The notes beneath the pieces were generated by a model that saw nothing but the letters and a program-made list of their open reading frames with translations, searched no databases and had not been told where the DNA came from. From the NCBI GenBank assembly GCA_030841965.1, contig JAUUSJ010000004.1:3006-67005 (forward strand): a stretch of 64,000 nt of DNA, given 5' to 3'. The position numbers and the translations under genes were made by a program. Source of the stretch: Blautia sp. (lineage in GTDB: Bacteria; Bacillota; Clostridia; Lachnospirales; Lachnospiraceae). Of the stretch, positions 39,541 to 50,287 are shown in pieces (position 1 is the first letter of the stretch; every line of letters begins with the position of its first letter).

Positions 39541-39957
39541 ATGGTAGAGATTATTTCAGGAGTAAAAGGAAAGGGAAAAACAAAAATTTTAATTCAGAAG
39601 GTAAACGATGATATTAAGTTGACACATGGTACAATCGTTTATCTTGATAAAAACAATAAGCATATGTATGAATTGAGTAATCGTATTCGTCTTATTGTTG
39701 TTCCAGATTATAAGATTTCAAATTGTGATATGTTCCTCGGATTCATAGCAGGAATTGTATCTCAGGATCACGATTTAGATAAGATTTATTTAGATAGTTT
39801 CCTGACGATTGCTAAGATTGACGGTAATTTAGAGCCAACAATCAAGAAATTACAGGAAATTTCTGAGGAGTTCCAAGTAGATTTTGTTATCAGTGCATCC
39901 ATTGATAAAGAAGATTTGCCAGAGGATCTTCAATCTCTCGTATCAGTTTCTTTATAG
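39541..39957 (+). CDS. Small P-loop-like protein of unknown function
   Basis: The start at MVEIISGVKGKGKTK is preceded by AAGGAGG. The in-frame ATG at 39508 has no SD. I could not assign a family. Confidence 0.55.
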   Translation: MVEIISGVKGKGKTKILIQKVNDDIKLTHGTIVYLDKNNKHMYELSNRIRLIVVPDYKISNCDMFLGFIAGIVSQDHDLDKIYLDSFLTIAKIDGNLEPTIKKLQEISEEFQVDFVISASIDKEDLPEDLQSLVSVSL

Positions 39958-40028
39958 TTAAGAATAGCGGTATGTGAAGTTGCGTTTTTGTACAGAACGC
40001 TTTTCGGACAAATGAATAGAAAAAGAAA

Positions 40029-40075
40029 AAGACTGTTTCAAAAGAGGAGAACTTTTGAGACAGTCTTTTCCTTTT
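40029..40075 (+). terminator. Intrinsic terminator
   Basis: 16-bp hairpin AAGACTGTTTCAAAAG/CTTTTGAGACAGTCTT followed by TTCCTTTT. Confidence 0.8.
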
Positions 40076-40174
40076 CACAGAACTTACACAGTTTATTCTT
40101 GAAAAATTTTGAAATTCCCTATACAATAGAATGCGATATGATTAGGAAAGGGGATTTCAGTCTAGGAGAGAGAA

Positions 40175-41140
40175 ATGAGTGAATTATATAGGACTTACTC
40201 AAGCTATTTGAGAGAGAAATACGGAGAAAAAGTATATAAACTACCAGTTAAGATACCAGTCAGCTGTCCAAATAGAGTGGATGGGAGGGGCTGTAGCTTT
40301 TGCTCGGAGGTTGGAACCGGATTTGAGGGAGTTTCCAGTGAGACCTCTGTCAGGGAGCAGCTAAGCCAGACGAGAGAGAAGATAGAGAAAAAATATCACG
40401 CCAAAAAGTTTATCGCCTATTTTCAAAATTTTACGAATACATTTTTGCCCTTGGAGCAGTTTAAAAAATACGTGGAGGAAGCGGCGAGATTTGAGGATAT
40501 TGTGGAGATTAGCATATCGACTAGACCAGATTGTATTCAAAAAGATTATCTGGAAGTTTTAAAAAAAATACAACAGCAGTATGGAATTTGTATTACAATA
40601 GAGCTTGGATTGCAGACAGTCAATTATCACAGCTTGGAGAAGATAAATCGGGGACATGGGCTGGCAGAGTTTATCGATGCCGTGCTTTTTATTTCTTCTT
40701 ATCAGTTTCCAGTCTGTGTACATATGATTTTGAATCTTCCGTGGGATACGATGGAGGATGCGAGGGAGGGAGCAAAGATTTTATCGGCTCTCCCGATTCA
40801 TATTGTAAAATTACACTCTCTTTATATTCCGAAAAAAACAGTATTGTACGAACAATATGAAAATGGTACAATAACTTTATGTAGTAAGGAGGAATACATA
40901 GATAGAGTCATACAATTTTTGACCTTACTGCGTCCAGATATTGTTGTTGAGAGATTATTTAGCAGAGTGCCGAGTGAGTATGCAGTATTTTCAAACTGGG
41001 ATACAAGCTGGTGGAAGTTGAGAGAGCAACTAGAACAAAAAATGCGAGAAGAGGATTTATATCAGGGGAAAGAGTTTCATTATTTATATGGCGCAGCATT
41101 AAAAAAACTGGAGGATGGTAAAAATGCCAGGGAAATCTAA
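40175..41140 (+). CDS. Radical SAM protein, TIGR01212/YtqA-like family
   Basis: CPNRVDGRGCSFCSE cluster near the N-terminus and a TIM-barrel-length body of 321 aa. Confidence 0.8.
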   Translation: MSELYRTYSSYLREKYGEKVYKLPVKIPVSCPNRVDGRGCSFCSEVGTGFEGVSSETSVREQLSQTREKIEKKYHAKKFIAYFQNFTNTFLPLEQFKKYVEEAARFEDIVEISISTRPDCIQKDYLEVLKKIQQQYGICITIELGLQTVNYHSLEKINRGHGLAEFIDAVLFISSYQFPVCVHMILNLPWDTMEDAREGAKILSALPIHIVKLHSLYIPKKTVLYEQYENGTITLCSKEEYIDRVIQFLTLLRPDIVVERLFSRVPSEYAVFSNWDTSWWKLREQLEQKMREEDLYQGKEFHYLYGAALKKLEDGKNAREI

Positions 41141-42509
41141 GATAATTAAGTTGAAATCAAGGAGAAAATTCTCTGTTAATATCGGAGTGATTATATTTCT
41201 CATGATTTTTATCTACGTAGTGGCAAATGTTTTTATTTATTTGAGAAAAGATACGCTGACGATATATAGAGTTCCTGAAAGTGAAATCAGTGAGAAGTTT
41301 TCGGGAAAGGCAATCGCAATTCGAGAGGAGAGCTTGGTAGAGTCAGAGTATGATGGATATATCAGTTATTATGTGGGAGCAGGAGAGAGAATAAAAAGCG
41401 GAGGTCTTGTGTACAGTGCCGACGAGACTGGAAAAGTAAATGAATATGTAAAAGAAATGGTAGATGAGGAAGATGCGCTTAACCAGCTGGAGTATTCTAA
41501 GATGGAAGATGAGATTTATCAGTATAAAAAAGAAGCGACGGATACGACGTTCGATGATATTTATCTTCTAAAATACGATTTGGAAAACACAGCGAGTGAG
41601 ATTGGAAGCAGTATTTTAAAGGAGAATATGGATGAGCTCCAGCAAAAACTTGGAGCGAAATGTTTCCAGAAGGGGTATAGTAAGTCGAGTGGCATAGTAA
41701 CTTTTATAAGAGATGGATATGAGTATATGACAGCAAAGCTGATTAATGAAAAAAGCTTTGACCTTGGTGAGTATGAACAGACAGAGTTAAAGACAGACAA
41801 GAAGGTAAAGAAAGGGGATTATATCTATCGAATTGTAAAGAATAATGAGTGGCAGCTTGTACTTCCGCTCTCCACAGAAAACTATGAGAAGATGAAAGAG
41901 AATAAGACGTTTAATTTATTGATTAAGAAGGATAATTTACTGATTCCGTCTCAGAAAACGAGTTTTATGGAGAAAAATGGAAAGGCATATCTTGTTATTT
42001 CTTTAAGCTCGTATATGGTGCGCTATGTCAATGACCGATTTTTAGATGTAGAGATACAATTAAATTCGCAGGAGGGACTAAAGATTCCAAATACTGCATT
42101 AGTGGAGAAAGAATATTATCGAGTTCCTCTTAAGTATAAACAGAGCACGAGTACAAGCTCCTCAAAGTTTTTAGCTAATTCAGCGGATGGAAAGTCAAAG
42201 AAGCAGGAGATTACGTTAAGTATAGGAACAGAGGATGAGGATTACTGCTATATTCCAGCGGATGAAGTAAAACAAGGCACGATTTTGGCGCTTGCAGATG
42301 GGGATGATACGTATCTGTTAGAGAAGAAGACGAAGTTAAAGGGAGTATACTGTGTCAATAGGGGCTATGCTAATTTTAAGCCTGTCACAATTAAGAAAGA
42401 AAATACAGAATACTGTATTGTGGACAATAATATGACAGGAAGCATCTCGGCTTATGACCGTATTGTTTTAAATTCAGATACAATCGAGGAAAATCAGCTT
42501 ATTTATTAA
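41124..42509 (+). CDS. Membrane-anchored protein of unknown function (often annotated as HlyD/membrane-fusion-like)
   Basis: The start at MPGKSK lies 9 nt after GGAGG. It has a single N-terminal TM helix and a long extracytoplasmic region. The family call is weak. Confidence 0.55.
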   Translation: MPGKSKIIKLKSRRKFSVNIGVIIFLMIFIYVVANVFIYLRKDTLTIYRVPESEISEKFSGKAIAIREESLVESEYDGYISYYVGAGERIKSGGLVYSADETGKVNEYVKEMVDEEDALNQLEYSKMEDEIYQYKKEATDTTFDDIYLLKYDLENTASEIGSSILKENMDELQQKLGAKCFQKGYSKSSGIVTFIRDGYEYMTAKLINEKSFDLGEYEQTELKTDKKVKKGDYIYRIVKNNEWQLVLPLSTENYEKMKENKTFNLLIKKDNLLIPSQKTSFMEKNGKAYLVISLSSYMVRYVNDRFLDVEIQLNSQEGLKIPNTALVEKEYYRVPLKYKQSTSTSSSKFLANSADGKSKKQEITLSIGTEDEDYCYIPADEVKQGTILALADGDDTYLLEKKTKLKGVYCVNRGYANFKPVTIKKENTEYCIVDNNMTGSISAYDRIVLNSDTIEENQLIY

Positions 42510-42522
42510 GGAGGCAATATGC

Positions 42523-43215
42523 ATGTTAAAAGAAAATTTAAAAAAAGTAGAGGAGAATATACAAAAAGCCTGTGATAGAGCGGGGAGAAAGAGAGAAGAG
42601 GTGACTTTAATTGCTGTGAGCAAGACAAAGCCTATTGAAGATATCGAAGAAATTTTGGAAGAAAATGTCATTGATTTTGGAGAAAATAAGGTTCAAGAGC
42701 TCTGTGATAAGTACGAAAAAATTTCTCGCCCAGTAAATTGGCATTTGATTGGACATTTGCAGACAAATAAGGTAAAATATGTGGTGGATAAAGTCGCCTT
42801 AATTCACTCTGTGGATTCCTATAAGCTAGCTGAGCAAATTAATAAAGAGGCAAAAAAGAAAAATACAGTAGTTCCAATTTTATTGCAGGTTAATATAGCG
42901 AGAGAAGATACGAAATTTGGACTCGAAAAAGAAGAAGTACTTCCATTGATAGAAAAGATAAAGGATATGGAAGGAATTCAGATAAGAGGTCTTATGACAA
43001 TAGCACCTTTTGTGACAAATCCAGAGGAAAATAGAGTACATTTTAAAAATTTATACCAATTATATGTTGACATAAAGCAAAAAAGCATTAATAATGTAAT
43101 TATGGACACTTTATCAATGGGAATGACGGGAGATTATCAAGTAGCCATTGAGGAGGGTGCGACGATGATTCGTGTTGGAACAGGAATTTTTGGCGAGAGA
43201 AATTATAAGATTTAG
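42523..43215 (+). CDS. yggS: YggS/YlmE-family pyridoxal-phosphate homeostasis protein
   Basis: VSKTKP (PLP Lys), HLIGHLQTNKVK and SMGMTGDY blocks. Confidence 0.93.
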   Translation: MLKENLKKVEENIQKACDRAGRKREEVTLIAVSKTKPIEDIEEILEENVIDFGENKVQELCDKYEKISRPVNWHLIGHLQTNKVKYVVDKVALIHSVDSYKLAEQINKEAKKKNTVVPILLQVNIAREDTKFGLEKEEVLPLIEKIKDMEGIQIRGLMTIAPFVTNPEENRVHFKNLYQLYVDIKQKSINNVIMDTLSMGMTGDYQVAIEEGATMIRVGTGIFGERNYKI

Positions 43216-43227
43216 CGGAGGATAGAT

Positions 43228-43812
43228 ATGAGTAAAGTAACAGATAAGCTACTAAATTTTATGAAGCTTAATGATGAAGAAGAGTATGAAGAAGAGTTTT
43301 TTGACGGCGAGGAAGAAGAGGAGGAAGAACCTGATGTGACAGAGGAGGAACCTGACACAGAGGAGGAACCGAAGATGAGAAACTTCTTTGCAAGAAGAGC
43401 AGAGGAAAAGCAAGTACAAGAGGAAGAGGAAGAGGAGAAAGCCGTGCCGGTTCGGGAGACAGTGAGAAGAACGAATATCACTTCTTATAAAACGAATCGT
43501 GATGTGCCTTCCGTAGATAGAGGTGGCGAGATGGTAAAAGTAGTTAGAGCACAGGAATTTGAAGAAGTAAGAGCGATGATTGATTTATTAAAGGAGAATA
43601 AAATCGTAGTCGTGAATTTAGAGGGATTGAATGTGGACGTTGCGCAGAGAATTATAGACTGCATCAGTGGTGCAAGCTATGCGCTCGACGGCAAATTAGA
43701 AGGTGTGAACGATAATATTTTCATTTTAGCTCCAAAGGATGTCGAGATTACAGGCGATTTGAAAAATAGATTGGCAAACGGCAGTATCTCCCCAAAGTTT
43801 GATAGATATTAA
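43228..43812 (+). CDS. sepF: Cell division protein SepF with an acidic linker
   Basis: The C-terminal domain VVRAQEFEEVRAMIDLLKENKIVVVNLEGL...IFILAP is the conserved SepF core. The N-terminal linker is very E/D-rich. Confidence 0.85.
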   Translation: MSKVTDKLLNFMKLNDEEEYEEEFFDGEEEEEEEPDVTEEEPDTEEEPKMRNFFARRAEEKQVQEEEEEEKAVPVRETVRRTNITSYKTNRDVPSVDRGGEMVKVVRAQEFEEVRAMIDLLKENKIVVVNLEGLNVDVAQRIIDCISGASYALDGKLEGVNDNIFILAPKDVEITGDLKNRLANGSISPKFDRY

Positions 43813-44567
43813 TGATGAAATCAAAAGAGAATTTTTTAAGTCATATAAAAGAACTGGCTATAAAATCCTATGAAGAAAATCGATATATGTTTACATATTT
43901 TCTTGATTTAGAAGAGCAGGATATTTTGGAACAAAACATGCCTGCTCTTAGTTTTATAGACAAGAAATTATGGGGAGGATATGCTTTTGCTGAGAGAAAG
44001 ATAGCGATTTTTGGTTCGGAAGAACAGTTTGGCTATAAAGTATCGCCTCCGATTGTTTTACTTCGGATTGAGCCGCTAAACCTAAAATTTGCCGAAAAAC
44101 TTAGCCATAGGGATTTCTTGGGTTCTCTGCTCGGGCTTGGAATAGAGCGAAAGATAATAGGGGATATCTTAGTTGAGGAAAATACCGCCTATGTGTATGT
44201 GCATGAGTCGATGGCCTCATTTATCGAGCAGGAACTGTATCAGGTAAAACATACGAATATCAGCGTCCATTTGGAGGAGGATGAGATAGAGAGAAAACCC
44301 TCATTTCTCGATGTCAGTGGTTTTGTGTCCTCTTTCCGGCTGGACGCATTATTGAGTTTGGCTTTCCGAATGTCCAGAAAAGAGAGCAGTGACTATATTA
44401 AAATGAAAAAAGTATATAAAAATAGTAAGCTTTGTATCAGTCCTGCGACCGTTCTTTGTGAGGGCGATATCATATCCGTTCGCGGTTATGGAAAGTTTAT
44501 TTTTTTTGAGAGGGGAAATACTTCTAAAAAGGGAAGACATTATGTTTTGTTGAAGAAATATAATTAA
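43812..44567 (+). CDS. ylmH: YlmH-like S4-domain RNA-binding protein
   Basis: C-terminal S4 motif (FRLDALLSLAFRMSRKESSDYIKMKKVYKN) in the canonical position after sepF. Confidence 0.8.
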   Translation: MMKSKENFLSHIKELAIKSYEENRYMFTYFLDLEEQDILEQNMPALSFIDKKLWGGYAFAERKIAIFGSEEQFGYKVSPPIVLLRIEPLNLKFAEKLSHRDFLGSLLGLGIERKIIGDILVEENTAYVYVHESMASFIEQELYQVKHTNISVHLEEDEIERKPSFLDVSGFVSSFRLDALLSLAFRMSRKESSDYIKMKKVYKNSKLCISPATVLCEGDIISVRGYGKFIFFERGNTSKKGRHYVLLKKYN

Positions 44568-44585
44568 CGATTAAAGGAATGGTAG

Positions 44586-45689
44586 ATGATTATGATAGAG
44601 AAGAAATTAATTGTTCATGAGAATGGGAATCCGATTTATCCTATTATTTTGACCAATTCATTTGATGGATTGGAGCTGGCATTAAGAGATTTTCATCTGG
44701 AAGATAGAAGAGTTTGCATCGTATCTGAGACGAGGGTGGCAGTGCATTATGAGCCTATTTTGAGGGATAAATTTGAAAAATTAGCGAAAGAGACTCACTC
44801 CTTTGTCTTTGAGGCAGGAGAGCAGAGTAAAAATTTAAGCACAGTAAATAAACTGTATGAGTTTTTGATTGTCCATAAGTTTGACAGGAAGGATTTGCTT
44901 ATTGCACTCGGAGGAGGCGTTGTCGGGGATCTGACAGGATTTGCGGCGGCAACTTATCTAAGAGGGATTGAGTTTATTCAGGTTCCGACTAGTTTATTAT
45001 CTCAGGTAGACAGCAGTATCGGTGGAAAGACTGGAGTCGACTATCTCTCCTACAAAAATATGGTCGGGGCTTTTCATCAACCAAAACTTGTCTATATTAA
45101 TATCAAGACATTAAATACATTATCAAAGAGAGAGTATTATTCTGGTCTTGGAGAGATTATTAAGCATGGATTGATTAAAGATGAGTCGTACTATCGATGG
45201 TTACTCACAAAAAAAGAAGAGATTAAGGCGTTAGATGAACAGACATTGATTGATATGATTTATCGAAGCTGCGATATTAAGAGAGGCGTCGTGGAGAGAG
45301 ACCCAAAAGAGCACGGAGAGAGAGCATTATTGAATTTTGGACATACGATAGGACATGCGGTGGAGAAATTAATGAATTTTTCTTATCTTCACGGAGAATG
45401 TGTCGGACTTGGTATATTAGTTGCCTGCAATATATCACTGCAAAGAAAGAATATGACAAAAGAGCAGTATGATGAGCTAAAAGAGTGGTTAGATTATTTT
45501 GAATTTCCAGCCTTTCCAAGAGAGTTCTCAGCGAAGGAGATTATTGACACGACAAAACTAGATAAAAAGATGGAACACGGCATTATTAAATTCATTTTAC
45601 TCAATAAAATAGGAGAGGCATGCATCAAAAAAGATGTGACAGAAGAGGAAATGGAAAATGCAATTTTGATGCAGCAAAAAGAGATATGA
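44586..45689 (+). CDS. aroB: 3-dehydroquinate synthase
   Basis: GGGVVGDLTGFAAATYLRGI NAD-binding block and HTIGHAVE metal-binding motif. Confidence 0.92.
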   Translation: MIMIEKKLIVHENGNPIYPIILTNSFDGLELALRDFHLEDRRVCIVSETRVAVHYEPILRDKFEKLAKETHSFVFEAGEQSKNLSTVNKLYEFLIVHKFDRKDLLIALGGGVVGDLTGFAAATYLRGIEFIQVPTSLLSQVDSSIGGKTGVDYLSYKNMVGAFHQPKLVYINIKTLNTLSKREYYSGLGEIIKHGLIKDESYYRWLLTKKEEIKALDEQTLIDMIYRSCDIKRGVVERDPKEHGERALLNFGHTIGHAVEKLMNFSYLHGECVGLGILVACNISLQRKNMTKEQYDELKEWLDYFEFPAFPREFSAKEIIDTTKLDKKMEHGIIKFILLNKIGEACIKKDVTEEEMENAILMQQKEI

Positions 45690-46171
45690 AAAAATATCGA
45701 ATCATTTCCATGCTCAGTTTTTTTCTCCTTGTAATCTTTGACCAATGGACAAAGCATCTTGCGAGCTTATACCTAAAAGGTAAGGAGCCCTTTGTTCTCA
45801 TCGAAGATGTGTTTGAACTTCACTATCTTGAAAACCGCGGGGCGGCATTTGGAATGTTGCAGGGAAGACAGATATTTTTACTTTTGCTCACGATTGTATT
45901 TTTGATTATTATATGTTATATATTTTATAAAATGCCGAGTGAGAAAAAGTATATTCCTCTTTATATCGTCGGCGTGATGATATGCTCAGGCGCAATTGGA
46001 AATATGATTGACAGAGTGAGACAGCAGTATGTGGTAGATTTTTTATATTTTAAATGGATTAACTTTCCTATTTTTAATGTGGCAGACTGCTATGTGACCA
46101 TTGCAGCTTTTTTGCTTTTCTTTCTCGTTTTATTTTATTATAAAGATGAGGATTTTGAGTTTTTGCGATGA
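45686..46171 (+). CDS. lspA: Lipoprotein signal peptidase II
   Basis: The start at MKKYRI overlaps the aroB stop (ATGA). DQWTKH, NRGAAFG and FNVAD motifs are present. Confidence 0.9.
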   Translation: MKKYRIISMLSFFLLVIFDQWTKHLASLYLKGKEPFVLIEDVFELHYLENRGAAFGMLQGRQIFLLLLTIVFLIIICYIFYKMPSEKKYIPLYIVGVMICSGAIGNMIDRVRQQYVVDFLYFKWINFPIFNVADCYVTIAAFLLFFLVLFYYKDEDFEFLR

Positions 46172-46184
46172 AAGTGAGGAAGTT

Positions 46185-47096
46185 ATGATACCATATCAGT
46201 TTGTATTCGAGGATGAGGAGAGTATAAGAGTAGATAAGTTTTTATCGGAGGAGATGTCTGATTTATCTCGCTCTTATATCCAAAAGCTAATAAAAGAAGG
46301 AAATGCCTTTGTAAATAAAAGACAAGTAAAAGCGAATTATAAGCTGTCGGCGGGAGAGGAGGTTGTATTTTGGCTTCCTCCGCTAAAGGAGCTTGAGATA
46401 AAGCCAGAGAAGATGGAGCTTGATATTTTGTACGAGGATGAGGATATCATTTTGGTTAATAAGCCCAAAGATATGGTGGTACATCCTTGCGCTGGACGCT
46501 ATGAGCATACTTTGGTCAATGGACTTTTGTACCACTGCAAAGACCAGCTCTCTGGTATTAACGGTGTGATGCGTCCTGGGATTGTGCATCGAATAGACAA
46601 AGACACAACAGGAGTACTAGTCGTCTGTAAGAATGACAGGGCACATCGCTCCTTAGCTGAGCAGCTAAAAGAGCATAGTATTACGAGAAAATATCGGGCG
46701 ATTGTGATGGGAAACTTGAAGGAGGATGGCGTCGTCGATAAGCCGATTGGGAGAAGTAAGAAGGATAGAAAAAAGATGGCTATAGTCCAAGATGGGAAGC
46801 GGGCAGTGACATATTATCATATTTTGGAGCAATTGAAAAAGCAGATGACATATATAGAATGCCAGCTTGAGACGGGAAGAACACATCAGATACGTGTGCA
46901 TATGGCGAGTATCCATCATCCGCTTCTTGGAGATAAGATTTACGGTCCAAGTTCCCAGCCGTACTCTCTTGAGGGACAATGCCTACATGCGGGGGTACTA
47001 GGATTTATTCATCCGACAAAGAAGGAGTATATGGAATTTGAGGCTCCGCTTCCGGAATATTTTTCAGATTTATTGGAGAAGTTAAAGTTAGCGTGA
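46185..47096 (+). CDS. rluD: 23S rRNA pseudouridine synthase, RluD family
   Basis: The start at MIPYQF has GTGAGGAAG upstream. It has an S4 N-domain and catalytic HRIDKDTTG. Confidence 0.92.
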   Translation: MIPYQFVFEDEESIRVDKFLSEEMSDLSRSYIQKLIKEGNAFVNKRQVKANYKLSAGEEVVFWLPPLKELEIKPEKMELDILYEDEDIILVNKPKDMVVHPCAGRYEHTLVNGLLYHCKDQLSGINGVMRPGIVHRIDKDTTGVLVVCKNDRAHRSLAEQLKEHSITRKYRAIVMGNLKEDGVVDKPIGRSKKDRKKMAIVQDGKRAVTYYHILEQLKKQMTYIECQLETGRTHQIRVHMASIHHPLLGDKIYGPSSQPYSLEGQCLHAGVLGFIHPTKKEYMEFEAPLPEYFSDLLEKLKLA

Positions 47097-47114
47097 AAAT
47101 GGTAAAATTTATTC

Positions 47115-47143
47115 TTTACATTTAAATGGGAGTATGCTATACT
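47115..47143 (+). promoter_or_regulatory. rpsO promoter followed by a ~105-nt leader
   Basis: TTTACA, a 17-nt spacer, and TATACT. The long leader is consistent with S15 autoregulatory leaders, but I did not establish its structure. Confidence 0.55.
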
Positions 47144-47255
47144 CAAGAACAGTGAGTAAAAAACCATCACCAAGAGAGTGGAAACTCCAACCTATTTCCT
47201 AGTGATTGGAAAGCTCAGCTATTTTGATTTTAATTATTAATTAGGAGGAAAAGAC

Positions 47256-47522
47256 ATGATTTCAGCAGAACAAAAAGTAGAGATTATGAAAGAATACGGT
47301 AGAACAGAGGGAGATACAGGTTCACCGGAGGTTCAGATTGCATTATTGACAGCTAGAATTAGAGACCTTCAGGATCATTTCCAGATGCATCCAAAGGATT
47401 ACCATTCAAGAAGAGGTCTTTTAAAGATGGTTGGTCAAAGAAGAAGATTACTTGCTTACTTAAAGAAGATTGACATTACAAGATACAGAGCATTAATCGA
47501 GAAATTAGGATTAAGAAAATAA
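47256..47522 (+). CDS. rpsO: 30S ribosomal protein S15
   Basis: 88 aa. [14 protein letters not shown]...[26 protein letters not shown] is the S15 signature. Confidence 0.97.
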   Translation: MISAEQKVEIMKEYGRTEGDTGSPEVQIALLTARIRDLQDHFQMHPKDYHSRRGLLKMVGQRRRLLAYLKKIDITRYRALIEKLGLRK

Positions 47523-47572
47523 TAAAAGGTCTTGCGGATAGGAAGCGGTATCTGAAAAGATAGAAGAGATAG

Positions 47573-47610
47573 AGGGTCTAAAACGATTGTTTTAGGCTCT
47601 TTCTTTTTTT
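47573..47610 (+). terminator. Intrinsic terminator after rpsO
   Basis: Hairpin (AGGGTCTAAAAC/GTTTTAGGCTCT with G-U pairs) followed by a T-run. Confidence 0.65.
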
Positions 47611-47706
47611 CATAGTTTATGATACACTGATTAAAAGTCGATTGCTATAGTTTGGTATCTTTGCAATCGTCATCTGCATAAAAGATAAAGTTTAGGAGGA
47701 AAGAAA

Positions 47707-48981
47707 ATGAGTCAGTATAAAATTAATACAAAATGCATTCAGTCAGGTTATGACCCAAAGAACGGCGAGCCTAGAGTCGTGCCAATTGCGCAGAGTACAA
47801 CATATCGATATACATCTGGCGAGCAGGTTGGAAAATTATTTGACCTTGAGGAGGAAGGTTTTTTTTATACAAGATTAGCTAATCCGACGGTAGATGCAGT
47901 CGAGAAGAAAATCGCAGACTTAGAGGGAGGCGTGGGAGCATTATGTACCTCCGCTGGACAGGCGGCATCGATGCTTGCTGTCTTGAATATATGTGAGAGC
48001 GGTGACCATATCGTTGTAAGTAATGCCATCTACGGAGGAACGGTGAATTTATTTGCCGTCACATTTAAAAAGCTCGGTATCGAGGTTACTTTTGTCCCTA
48101 CAGATATCAAGAGAGATGAGCTTGACAAGAAGTTTCAAGAGAATACAAGAGCTGTATTTATCGAGAGTTTATCGAATCCGGCTTTGGAGATTCCAGATAT
48201 CGAGATGTATGCGGACGCTGCCCATGCGCACGGTGTTCCATTGATTGTCGATAATACTTTTGCAACTCCAATCAATTGTCGTCCGTTTGAGCATGGAGCG
48301 AATATTGTCGTGCATTCCACATCAAAATATATGGATGGACATGCGGTTGCTCTTGGCGGTGTTATCGTGGATGGCGGAAATTTTGACTGGAATAATGGAA
48401 AGTTCCCGGGACTTAGCACACCAGATGAATCCTATCACGGAATTATCTACACAGAGACATTTGGAGCGGCTGCCTATATTACAAAGGCGAGAGTTCAGCT
48501 TATGAGAGATATGGGAACAACTCCAAGTCCGAATAATGCATTTTTATTAAATTTAGGCTTAGAGACTCTCGCTCTTCGTATGGAGCGTCACTGCGAGAAT
48601 GCGACAAAGGTGGCTGAGTACTTAAAACAGAATGACAAAATCACTTGGGTAAATTATCCATCGATGGAGGGCAATAAATATTACGAGATGGCGAAGAAAT
48701 ATATGCCAAATGGAACATGTGGAGTCATTTCTTTCGGTGTGAAGGGCGGCAGAGAGGCTGCTATGAAGTTTATGGATAATTTAAAATTAGCTGCCATTGT
48801 TGTCCATGTCGCAGATGCAAGAACAGGAGTTCTCCATCCAGCTAGCACAACGCATAGACAGCTGACGGATGAGCAGCTTGTCGAGGCAGGAATTGGACCA
48901 GAATTAATCCGTTTCAGTGTCGGTTTGGAGGATGTGGATGATATTATCGCAGATATCGATCAGGCGTTAGAGGCATTATAA
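47707..48981 (+). CDS. metY: O-acetylhomoserine aminocarboxypropyltransferase/sulfhydrylase (Cys/Met PLP family)
   Basis: 424 aa. [10 protein letters not shown] contains the PLP lysine, and the N-terminus has the QSTTY pattern. Confidence 0.9.
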   Translation: MSQYKINTKCIQSGYDPKNGEPRVVPIAQSTTYRYTSGEQVGKLFDLEEEGFFYTRLANPTVDAVEKKIADLEGGVGALCTSAGQAASMLAVLNICESGDHIVVSNAIYGGTVNLFAVTFKKLGIEVTFVPTDIKRDELDKKFQENTRAVFIESLSNPALEIPDIEMYADAAHAHGVPLIVDNTFATPINCRPFEHGANIVVHSTSKYMDGHAVALGGVIVDGGNFDWNNGKFPGLSTPDESYHGIIYTETFGAAAYITKARVQLMRDMGTTPSPNNAFLLNLGLETLALRMERHCENATKVAEYLKQNDKITWVNYPSMEGNKYYEMAKKYMPNGTCGVISFGVKGGREAAMKFMDNLKLAAIVVHVADARTGVLHPASTTHRQLTDEQLVEAGIGPELIRFSVGLEDVDDIIADIDQALEAL

Positions 48982-48982
48982 G

Positions 48983-49447
48983 ATGAGAGTTGTAATTCAA
49001 AGAGTAATAAGAGGCTCTGTGACTATCGAGGGAGAAACGGTGGGAGCAATCAAGAAGGGCTATGTCATTTTACTCGGAGTTTGTGACGAGGACGACGAGG
49101 CGGAAGTAGAACGCTTCGTCGATAAGGTATTTGGACTTCGCATCTTTGAAGATGAGAACGGCAAGACGAATAAATCGATAGAAGATATCGACGGAGAGGT
49201 TTTAGTTGTGTCTCAGTTTACCCTTTATGCGGATTGCAGAAAGGGAAGAAGACCAAGCTTTACAAAGGCTGGAGCTCCAGAACATGCGAAGGCTCTCTAT
49301 GAGTATTTTCTTGAAAAATGCCAAGAGAGAGCCAAAAAAGTGGCGCACGGCGAGTTTGGAGCAGATATGAAGGTGGAGATTATCAACGACGGACCTTTTA
49401 CGATTGTTCTAGATAGCAGTGATTTTTCACAGGGATTAAAAAAATAA
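48983..49447 (+). CDS. dtd: D-aminoacyl-tRNA deacylase
   Basis: MRVVIQRV N-terminus, SQFTLYAD, and [15 protein letters not shown] blocks. Confidence 0.95.
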   Translation: MRVVIQRVIRGSVTIEGETVGAIKKGYVILLGVCDEDDEAEVERFVDKVFGLRIFEDENGKTNKSIEDIDGEVLVVSQFTLYADCRKGRRPSFTKAGAPEHAKALYEYFLEKCQERAKKVAHGEFGADMKVEIINDGPFTIVLDSSDFSQGLKK

Positions 49448-49494
49448 AGCTGGGACATACTATAGAGAGAATGCTAGAAAAGGAGTCCTATAGT

Positions 49495-50169
49495 ATGTCA
49501 AATAATTTGGAAAAACAAGAAATACAGGGAGAACAGATAAAAGAATATGGCCAGGCGTTGCTTGAGGGCAGGAGACGGATTCAGTTAATGACAGTTATCG
49601 GCGAGATTGAGGGACATGAAAATCTCTCATCTAACAGCAAGACGACAAAGTATGAGCATCTTTTGCCAAAGCTCGCCCTGATTGAGAATGATACCAATAT
49701 AGATGGTCTATTATTAATTGTCAATTCAATCGGCGGAGATTGTTCTGCTGGATTGGCTCTCGCAGAGATGATAGCTTCTCTTAGTAAACCGACGGTCTCT
49801 CTCGTTATCGGAGATAGCCACTCGATTGCTCTGCCACTCGCTGTCTCGACCGATTATTCTTATATTGTTCCGACTGCGACTGTAATTATTCATCCGGTTC
49901 GCATGAATGGGATGGTAATTGGGGCACAACCGACATATAATTATTTTAAGATGATTCAAGATAGAATTGTCGGTTTTTTATCTGACCATGCGGTCAATAT
50001 TAATGCTGTGAGAATCGAGGAGCTTATGATGGAGACGGGGATGCTCACAAGAGATGTGGGAACCGTTCTCGTAGGCGAGGAGGCTGTCAGAGCAGGAATT
50101 TTGAATGAAGTCGGCGGAATAAAGGAGGCGCTTCATAAGCTTTATGAGTTGATAGGGTCAGAGGAATAA
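49495..50169 (+). CDS. ClpP-fold serine protease family protein (TepA/SDH-like)
   Basis: The start at MSNNLEK lies 9 nt after AGGAG; the track start at 49471 is an alternative. It shows ClpP-like blocks NSIGGD and a GDSHS serine region. Confidence 0.7.
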   Translation: MSNNLEKQEIQGEQIKEYGQALLEGRRRIQLMTVIGEIEGHENLSSNSKTTKYEHLLPKLALIENDTNIDGLLLIVNSIGGDCSAGLALAEMIASLSKPTVSLVIGDSHSIALPLAVSTDYSYIVPTATVIIHPVRMNGMVIGAQPTYNYFKMIQDRIVGFLSDHAVNINAVRIEELMMETGMLTRDVGTVLVGEEAVRAGILNEVGGIKEALHKLYELIGSEE

Positions 50170-50287
50170 GAAAAACGAAAGAAGATGGGTATGCGAATGC
50201 CTGTCTTTTTTTCATAAAAATTTAGGTTGCATGTCGAGAGTAACTTATAGTACAATAAAAACAGTATGTTTAAAAAGGAGTAATGCT

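Noticed and set aside
39988-40182. 64-aa plus-strand ORF and the 39890..40126 minus-strand ORF
   Set aside because: They are read through the strong terminator hairpin at 40029-40075 and have no SD.
47611-47706. Possible SAM (S-box) riboswitch upstream of the O-acetylhomoserine sulfhydrylase gene
   Set aside because: The region is under 100 nt, lacks the S-box conserved core as I remember it, and contains only one simple hairpin (CGATTGC/GCAATCG).
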